A stretch of 64,000 nucleotides of DNA from Yuukianura sp. NJ FZ-2021 (taxonomy: Eukaryota), in contig CM102285.1 in the NCBI GenBank assembly GCA_046563655.1, positions 8,990,001 to 9,054,000 on the forward strand. The letters run 5' to 3'. The notes beneath the pieces are model-generated. The model saw nothing but the letters and a program-made list of their open reading frames with translations. It had not been told where the DNA came from and did not search any database. The position numbers and the translations under genes were made by a program. Shown one piece after another: positions 28,522-37,700 of the stretch (its first letter is position 1; each line of letters begins with the position of its first letter).

Positions 28522-31012
28522 CACTTCCGACCATATTTTTAAGTTTTAAAAAGCATAATTTTTAACACGAAAATCTTATTTTGTAATGCTTTAATCTGGG
28601 TGCCATAAACGTCTCGAAAGACAAACAGTTTTCTGTCATCTTCCCAACACAGAATACACTTTTCTTTACTAGGATTTTCTCTACATGGACATGTTCCCGT
28701 GTTTAGAAGCAACTTCGGTTTTTGATTTATGATCATCCAAATGTATTGTTTTGATCACGCAAGGCATGAGAACCAGTCCATTGTTCCAGTTCGTTCCACT
28801 GAAATACGTTATTTGTTATGCTATTCCAAAACGTTAAGCCTAAATCTAATTAGGCACGACTTGTTCCTTAACTTCCTTTGCTACAGTTGGTACAGATGAC
28901 CTGTCAGCACTGACTGCTGCTCAGGCATATACGGTAATTAAGACCAAGGAAGCTTCAAGGAACACAGCAACAATTTTCCTGGCTTTCTCCCAAAGAAAGG
29001 TTTTGTGCAAAACAAAGCCCAAAGTGTTTTGCTAAATATTTTTAGACAGGTTTTAGTCATAAGACGCTGTGAATAGACAATGGGAACTGCGGTTCTAAAA
29101 GTTGCCGTGTACAGTTCCGTCTTTATACTATCTATAATTGTAAATGTTAAAGTTCGAGCATAACCTTTTGGCATACGCATTGCCAACTCCTTGACTTCTT
29201 CCCTGTCAGGCTAATTGGTTTTGTTTTTGAGAAAGCGCTTTAGTACTCATAGTCATTTTCATTTAAACTTCCAAAGGAGTTCAGTGAGTACAACTGAGAT
29301 TCAAATTTCCTTGCTGACTCTGAAGCTTCATCTTTTTAAAGTCATAAGTGACACAAAAAGTTTAAGTTTCCATTTCTACTTGGAAGTAAACCGTTAAAAT
29401 TTAAATTTTGAAGTATCAGATTCGATTGCCAAGTTTCGAACAGGATTCCAGTTGAATTTGTGTGCAGCGAATAGTAAGTTTAATAAAACTTGTTAACCTT
29501 TTTAACTGCATTAGCAATATAAATGAAAGTTAACGTAAGGAATCTGTCCTTGGGATGATAAGGAGGCACAGCAGTTGTCACCAGCGACATTGACATTGCC
29601 AAAGGAATTGAGCGGGTGACGATGAAACCTCGGATAAGTCTGAAGTTTAGTCTGCAAAAGTAATGCTACGCGAAGGCAGTCTCATTTGGAATCTGTCCTA
29701 AATTCGAACTCGACGGCTCTACGATTTGTTTCTACAAACTGCCTACAACCATATACTTCCTACGGATTCCTTAGAAGCTTGGATTTGGAAAGTTTGGAGA
29801 AAGTGCTAGAACAAGACGAAGATGAGTGATTCCTTTGAAAGTGAAAGTTGCGATGGCTATTCACGCAGAAAAGATTATCCCAAAGCCTATTTGGATTCGG
29901 ATTCACAATCTGAAGGGGTAAGATTTTTCTAGAAACAAAATCATAAGCTAGAACTTTCTTAGAAAACTAGAACATACACTACAGCTCTGAAGGTTCTGTG
30001 CAGTTTTTTTTGTGTCCTTCAAAATCCAAGGACAGAGAGACGACACGATTTCATTTCACACCCGTTGCTTCCAATTATGTCAAAAACTGAAATAAAAGTC
30101 AAGCCTAATGATCTCTCTGTCGCTTTTGACTCTGTTCAAAATGGGACTGTAGGCGAATTGGGTCCTTGAAACTACTTTCTTAACCAACGCTGTTTCTGGG
30201 ATCTCGATTCTAAAATAATACTGGCGGCGGTGGTGGCTGAAACGCTCTTTGCAGCGGCTTGTCTTAAATTATCCATCACTTTCGATTGGAAATTGTCCAA
30301 AGAAGTGTAGGAACACGAAGAAATGAGCTTTTTTCAAAATAATCCCAAGTGTACAATGTAATGTAACACAAATTTCAAAACGGGAGGCAAACGACTAGTA
30401 CTGACTGGCTTGAGTAAATAATTTCATTGAAAGTATTTTTAGGAGAACATTCCCTAGGAAAGTGAACTTTAAGAGCACTGCGACATTGGCACTCGTCGGC
30501 GGTGCCTCAACGCTTGTCTTCATTTCATCACCGTAGCAGTGGTAGTGAGTGGTGGTCTAGATTTGTTGGCTCTAGGTTTAGAGGCCGTTGAAGGTTCAAG
30601 TGAGCTTCGAAAGCAGAGTTTACATAGGACTTACCTTTGTTTCCCCACTTTAATTGCTTTCTGGAGTGTGAGAGACTTAAGTGAAGGGAGCTTAAGTGGC
30701 TTCGCAGTAATGCACGGCGGAAGTGTGCGGGTTCACGTGGACAAAAATGAATGGAGAACTGGAGGGGACGACACTGTACAAGTGGTCAATCCGAAATCAA
30801 AGAAAGTCAAGGTATTTATGTTCTTCTCTTGATCTTTATTTGTTCCTGCTAAAAAAATTGTTCAAAACAGGTTATTCCATTTTAAGAAAAAAATCGGGAA
30901 AGGAATCTGACGAAACTCATCAAAATTTCGGAGAAACAATTTTTAAAAAATTTGTCGTCTGAACTTGGCGGAAAGTTGAATTTGTTCTAAAAGTTAAATT
31001 CAGTTTGAGAGT

Positions 31013-31495
31013 TTACTGACAGAAGCGAATGAATCTGCTCAAGATATTGTCAGAAATGCTAGCGCAGTTCAATATTGCATGGGGATCACCGGTTCCGCCA
31101 GTAAACGCTCCTACACCTGCGCCTATAGCCCCACCAAGCGCGGCATCCAGAATCTGGTAACCTGACCCACTGTCGTTGTGCATTGCGGCTCCAGTATATC
31201 CACCAGCAGCTCCACCCATTGCCCCACCAAGTCCCCCGCTTACAGCGTGCATAGGGCTAATCATGAAACCACCGGCCATGCCCCCTGAGAGTATAAATCA
31301 TTAGGTTCATTTTACACGAAGTTGGAATTGTAAAGAGGTCCAATGTTGAACACATTTAGTCATAACAAATATACCGAGTGCTCCACCAACAGCTCCACCT
31401 CTCGCTGCTCCACTTCGTCCACCCAGCGCGGCTCCTACGGCGGCCCCAAAACCTCCACCGATGATCCCGCCAACTGCGGCTGAGGGGTTGTCCAT
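31013..31495 (-). CDS. Small glycine-zipper (GxxxG-repeat) protein, join(31495..31375,31284..31013), ~130 aa
   Basis: Two Gly/Ala-rich ORFs joined in frame by a 90-nt GT-AG intron (31285-31374); repeated GGxxGGxxG helices. Confidence 0.65.
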
Positions 31496-32493
31496 TTTAG
31501 TTTTCTTGAATTTTGGTTTTACTTTGTTGATTTTTTCTAAATTGATTTCTATTCCCGAATTGGGATAGATAGAAAATTGTGGGACCAGAAACTTTACTAT
31601 TTTTTACAACTTAATGAGGCGATTCACTCATCAAATCGAGACTGACAATGCAGTTCGTCAAGTGCATTTAGGAAAATCTGCGAAGGAAAAGCAGACCAAG
31701 AAAGTCATTCATGAGTCGTGAATCTTATCGCAATTTTGCAAATTTAATGTTTGCCAGAAATTTGTTTTACTTTGGAGTTTCAGAGGAAATCGAAGTGTGA
31801 ACTTTAGTTTCAATTTTGATAATGGTACGGTCTAATATTTCTACATCAGTGTGAAATTATCACAACAGAGGCTCTGCTGCAAAATAATGCTGTCACAACT
31901 AATGCTAACAAACACACAATGTTCAATTGCAAAACGAAAATACAATGCTATCAATACTTGAGCCGAGTTTTGCATTGGTTTTAGATAATACTTGATTACG
32001 AATTTGTTTTGAAACAAATTCTTCCGAAATTTGACCCTTTGTGAGATAAAGTTTTCATCACAAACTTCTTTTGTTTGCATATTGTCCTATATTTTAGTTA
32101 ACTAAAACCATTCTGCAAAATCATTAAACCAAAACAAGTTACTTTCACGGAATGCTTTCCCCTCGGGCTTTCTTTCGCAATGAAACGCCTGTTCACCATT
32201 TTACAAGAACTTCTTCTTTTTAGCAGACTGTTGAAAAGGAACTTAGCTGTTGTACAATTTTTATTTGGTTGTTTAGTTTAGTCCATTTTGGAATCATTCA
32301 AAATGCTGTTACATCCACATGCACAAAATGACGATGAGATTTTCCTCCGCGTGACTTCCGTCACATTCCACATTACAAACAAAAGGGTAACGTCGTAGAG
32401 CTCTCGTGGGCATTGTTCCAAATCAAGAATTGGATATACTTTTACCTTCTATGTTGTTTTGGAGTCTGGTAAAAACCTTTGGAAGTGGAAGCC

Positions 32494-32844
32494 TGAAGGA
32501 GGTCAATCTTTGACCTTTATTCTCTTTTCATTTTTTCTGCCCTTGCTCAAAGAGTCTACGTGACTCGGAGCGTTTCTTTTGTTTTTATGACAATATTTAT
32601 GTTAACGCTATTAAGATAAAATTCCTTCCAGAAAGATCTGGAGGACACAGAATCTTCTAAGGATGATTCAATTTCAATCCTTCTAGAATATTCTTTTAAA
32701 ACTACGGAGTTGACCTGGTTTAAAAACTAAGGGTTCTACCGATTTGTTCTTAGTCGGGATTTCGGTTTAATAAAACACACTTATTGCCAAAACTCGAAAA
32801 GATCCATTTAGAATTACCATATGATTCTTAAAGTAATTCTATCA
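32494..32844 (+). repeat. 5' LTR (351 bp)
   Basis: TGAAGGAGG...TTCTATCA; no mismatch to 39398-39748 found by eye; AATAAA at 32769-32774. Confidence 0.97.
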
Positions 32845-32846
32845 AT

Positions 32847-32858
32847 TGGTAGCAGAGG
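32847..32858 (+). promoter_or_regulatory. Primer-binding site complementary to the 3' end of initiator tRNA-Met
   Basis: TGGTAGCAGAGG, 2 nt after the LTR, is complementary to the ...CUCUGCUACCA 3' end of animal tRNA-iMet. Confidence 0.9.
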
Positions 32859-33223
32859 GAGGTTCGTCAAAATTCAGTTTTGGTTCAATAGTGAATCTCG
32901 ATTCCATGTCCAAAGAGACCAAAGGACTTTTAAATCTTAACTTTGAAACTTTGACCGTAACTTGTCCCAGTGACTTGTCTGGACGAAAAGTGACTGTCAA
33001 CCCTATCAGGGTAGTGAAACTGGTGAAAGTTACGAATGATGAGACTGTTCCTGAGTTTATAATCACCAGGTATTGGAATAAATCGTGCTTCAAAAACTGA
33101 AGTGACGAGAAAAAACTTTACGAACTTTTCTGCTTGAACTTTGGAAGTGAAGGTGATTTTGGACTTTCACTTTGGATCAGAAGGTACGAAACAAACCTTT
33201 GATTATTTTTGAGAACAATTTTA

Positions 33224-33394
33224 TTTTGGGTTTCAGTCCCAAAAACATTTGCACTTGGGTTCAGTCCCAAAGAAAGCAGAATTTGGGTTTTAGTCCCGTT
33301 AGTTCTCAATTCTGGGTTTCAGTCCCAGTCGAATCAAGCGAGAGAAAGTTCGATATTTGAATCCAGTGATTTTTGGGTGAAAGTCCCAAAAATC
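33224..33394 (+). repeat. Array of five GGG-(loop ending AGT)-CCC stem-loops in the retroelement leader
   Basis: TTTTGGG-tttcagt-CCCAAAA (33224-33244); TTGGG-ttcagt-CCCAA (33255-33270); GGG-ttttagt-CCC (33285-33297); CTGGG-tttcagt-CCCAG (33312-33328); GATTTTTGGG-tgaaagt-CCCAAAAATC (33368-33394). Confidence 0.8.
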
Positions 33395-33670
33395 GAAAAA
33401 CTCAGATTTACATTTTGAAATCACTGTTGTAAGTAGTTGGAACTTAACATTTGTGCGCCTCTGTGCCCAGTCTCTGGTTCGGGCATCGAACATTGGTGAG
33501 AGAAAGAAGGTGACCCTTACGGTGAAAGTCCTTTCTCTTGACCTCATACGCTCTGCTTCCTAGAGTAAGCACACTAAAGAGGGCTGTTGATGGTTAAAAG
33601 TTCAACTGTCTTATAACATATAGTGTGGAATTTTGTGTAAGTTCTGAGTCTTTTCAAGATTCTTTGGAAA

Positions 33671-34714
33671 ATGGATTCAAAATCAATTTTCGACATGAAG
33701 AATGTCGTGAAATTGGATGGTTCCAACTATATTCGATGGAAACTTCAGATTGGCTTAATCCTAAAGGCTATGAAGCTTTGGGATATTGTAAATGGTACTA
33801 AGCCAAGACCGGAAGCTGTCGGAGATGCTCAGACAAAGTGGGATGAGCAGGATATTCAGGCTCAAGCCCTTATTGTTCCAACATTGTCCGCCAGTCAAAC
33901 TGCTCATATTTATGGATGTTCCACTTCAAGCGAAATTTACACTAAGCTCAGAGATTTGAATTCTGATGCTAGTGTTGTCAACAAAAATCAGACGTTGGCT
34001 TCATTCTTCAATTATTCGATTTCTCCTAATCAAAAGCTTGTTGAGGCTTTTGGAGAAATGGAACAAATTTGGATGTCATTGACAGAAATTGGAACAAATC
34101 TGGATGAGTCCACTGTTGTTGCCAGATTGGTCTCAGCACTTCCTGAGCCTAAGTATCGAATTTTGAAGAAATCGTGGGACAGCGTTCCTGCTGATTCACA
34201 GACGATGGTAATGCTCCTTGCAAGATTCAAAAAGGAAGATTTGGATCAAAAGGTTGCAGATGAGTCTTCAGGGAAGAGTGGTAAAAGCACTGCTTTCTCC
34301 ACAAATGATCCCAAAACTCAGAAGAAAGATTTTTCGAAGGACAAAGGAAAAGGTCAACGAAAAAATTACAGTGACTTGGATCAAAAGAAAGCGAAGTCAA
34401 GATGCAGAAATTGCGGAAAAATTGGTCATTGGAAGGTTGATTGTCGTTGTCCACCCTCCAACAGAAATTTTTCTGAAAATTCTGAAAAACGAGATTCTGA
34501 TAAGGGAGCTTCTGGTTCAAAAGACTCCCTTCATGCCTTTATGGTTATGGATGAAAAATATGAAGATTTTTCGGACGATGAACTACAAACTGACCTTCAA
34601 AAAGATTCCAAGGCTGTATGGTACGCCGACTCGGGTGCCAATCAGCACATCACCGGAGTCAAGCAATGGTTCATTGATACATGGCTTTTGAGATGCCGAG
34701 GTCAGTTTACTTGA
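33671..34714 (+). CDS. gag: Copia Gag plus the N-terminal part of the aspartic protease
   Basis: KLDGSNYIRWK copia Gag N-terminus; CCHC knuckle CRNCGKIGHWKVDC; protease active site WYADSGANQHI; the frame breaks at ~34679. Confidence 0.93.
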   Translation: MDSKSIFDMKNVVKLDGSNYIRWKLQIGLILKAMKLWDIVNGTKPRPEAVGDAQTKWDEQDIQAQALIVPTLSASQTAHIYGCSTSSEIYTKLRDLNSDASVVNKNQTLASFFNYSISPNQKLVEAFGEMEQIWMSLTEIGTNLDESTVVARLVSALPEPKYRILKKSWDSVPADSQTMVMLLARFKKEDLDQKVADESSGKSGKSTAFSTNDPKTQKKDFSKDKGKGQRKNYSDLDQKKAKSRCRNCGKIGHWKVDCRCPPSNRNFSENSEKRDSDKGASGSKDSLHAFMVMDEKYEDFSDDELQTDLQKDSKAVWYADSGANQHITGVKQWFIDTWLLRCRGQFT

Positions 34715-37700
34715 CTGATTCTAGTACTGCTCAAGCAGTTGGTCATGGAACAGTACAATTGGAAGCTTTGATTGGAAACAATTGGGATCTAGTTACCTTG
34801 GAAAATGTTTTATACATACCAGGAGCAACAAATCTCTTCTCCGAATCTGTTATGGTTCAGAAAGGGTTCAAGGTCACTAGAAACAAACACGGTACAAAGT
34901 TTTGGACTTCAGACGGTGTTCTCGGTCCTGTGAGCACCCTTGAGAATAACATGTTCGTCATGAGGTTTCGACCAGTTCAACAGGTCAATGCCCTCATCTC
35001 AAAATCTTCAATTGGAAAAATTTGGCACAAACGATTGGCTCATGTGAATCCTATTTACATCAAGAATTCGATTGCAAGTGGAGCTATTTCTGGAATTCCA
35101 ATTGATCAAATTTCGACTGATTTTCACTGCTCAAAATGTGAAATGGGAAAACAAGCCCGTCAGCCTTTTCCGCCGGTTGCCCGTAGAAACACAAAACCGG
35201 GCGAAATGATGCACGTTGATACTGCTGGTAAAATGCCAGTGACCTCAATCGGAGGTGCTAATTACTTCATTGTTTTTGTGGATGACTGTACTGGCTTTGT
35301 CAATGTCAGTTTTGTATCCACGAAAAACCAAATTCCAAACGTGGTCATTGAACACATTAAGTTCATGGAAAGGCAAACAGGACAAAAGTTGAAGGTCATG
35401 CGCAGTGACAACGGGACAGAGTATGTGAATTCCACCTTGGAAGATTTCTTTTCTAAGGAAGGTATTGCACATGAGAAGACTGTTCCCTACTGTCCTGAAT
35501 CAAATGGCAGGGCAGAGAGACATGTCCGAATTTTGAAGGACACTGCAAGGACACTGCTTCAGCAGAGCAAGCTTCCAGAATATCTTTGGGGTGAAGCCAT
35601 TGCTAATGCTGTTTATATCAGAAATCGACTAATTAACAAACAGAGTCCAGAGAAAACACCGTTTGAAAGGATTTTTGGAAGAAAGCCGTTCCTCGGTCAT
35701 GTTCGGATTTTTGGGAGTAAAGCTTTCTCCCATGTTCCTAAACAACAGAGAAAAGTTTGGGACTCAAAGTCGAAAAAACTAACCTTGGTTGGCTATGACT
35801 CACTATCAGTCAAAAAGTACAGACTGTACGATGCTGAGTCACGTCAGATTGTCTTTGGTCGTAATGTCAGTTTCGTTGAAAAGAAACCTAAGAGCAACGG
35901 AATTTTAATTCCATTGCCGATGAATGACATCACGAAGGAAGAGGTCAAGGACACCGAGCCCATAATAACTGAAATGTCTGACGAAGATGAAGTTGAAATT
36001 CAGAATTCAAAAACGGATGTCGAAAAGCAAGGAGTCAAATTGACAATTTCGAAGGTTGATGGACATTACGTAGCCAATCTTCCAAATTCTGTTGTGGAGA
36101 AGTTGCATCACATGACCTTGAGAGATCGTTCCTCGCTTTCAAAGCCAGAATATTACCAGGCAAAGGCTGCTATGAACATCATGGACCCACATTCATACAC
36201 TGAAGCCTTGGCTTCCCCTGAGAAGGACGAATGGATGAAGGCCATGACTGATGAAATGGAAAGTCATGCTAAAAATAGCACTTGGACACTGGTACCAAAA
36301 ATTCCGAAAATGAGGATTTTGGAAAATCGCTGGGTTTACAAAGTAAAGAAAAAACCTAACGGAGAAATCGACAAGTTCAAGGCCAGGTTGGTAATTAAGG
36401 GTTACCGGCAGAAATATGGGATTGACTACAATGAGACCTTTTCATCTGTGTGCCGATACGAAACCATTCGAATGCTTCTGGCGCTTGCGAGTTCTCAAAA
36501 TTTGAAATTGACACAATTTGATGTCAAAACTGCATTTCTAAATGGAGATTTGGAAGAGATCATCTTCATGAGACAACCAGAAGGTTTTGAAAATGGATCT
36601 GACGAAGTCTGCAAACTGAATAAAAGTCTTTACGGACTTAAACAAGCTCCACGCTGCTGGAGCGAGAAGGTGAAAGAGGCTCTGGAGAAAGTCAGCATGA
36701 TTCAAAGCAAGTATGATCCCTCCTTGTACTTTCGCCAGTCCGGAAATGAAATCATACTTTTGGCAATTTATGTCGATGATGGACTAATTGCCAGCAGCAG
36801 TGAAAAAGAATCCCTGGAACTTCTGGAATTTCTAAAATCTCAATTTGAGATCACAGTTGAGAATGATCCAAAGAGATTTGTTGGCTTGGAACTTTGCAGA
36901 AGTGAAGAGGGTTCAATCACCGTTCATCAGAGCGGCTACTTATCAGACGTCCTTGAGAAATTTAATATGACGGAATGCAAACCAAAGACAGTTCCAATGT
37001 CACCGGGATGTGAACTACCGTCAGTCCAAGGAGAAGCAGAGGGGATTCCATTTCGTCAATTAATTGGCTCGTTGTTATTTTTGGCGAAATGTACGCGCCC
37101 AGACATTTCATTTGCTGTGAGCAAATTATCACAATTTTTGTCTGGATTCAATGAAAAACATTGGATTGCAGCAAAAAATGTTCTTCGCTACCTCAGCGGA
37201 ACGAAGGACACGAGCATTACGTATGAATCAGGAAGGAATTTAACAATTTCTGGATTTTGCGATTCCGACTACGCCGGAGATCATTCGGATCGAAAGTCTA
37301 CTTCTGGATTTATATTTTTTGCTAACAATTCTCCACTGTCATGGATGAGCCAAAAACAACCCATTGTTGCATGTTCCTCCAGCGAAGCTGAGTACATTTC
37401 TCTCTCAAGCGCTGCAAGAGAAGCTGTTTGGTTGAATGGACTGGCTTCAGAAATTGGAATTACACAAGAAGATCCAATTGAATTGAATTTGGACAATCAG
37501 AGTGCCATTAAATTGGCACATAATCCCGAGTTCCACAGCCGCACCAAGCACATTGATGTGCGTTATCATTACACTCGAGAATTGGTTGAAAACAGAAAAA
37601 TTAAAATCAGCTACGTCTCTACGGACAATCAGAAAGCTGATTTTCTCACAAAACCTCTTTCAAAATCAAAATTTGAGGACATGAAGAGAATGAGTGGACT

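Noticed and set aside
32846..33100. 84-aa ORF at the start of the retroelement leader
   Set aside because: Non-ATG start overlapping the PBS and no recognisable motif; probably incidental.
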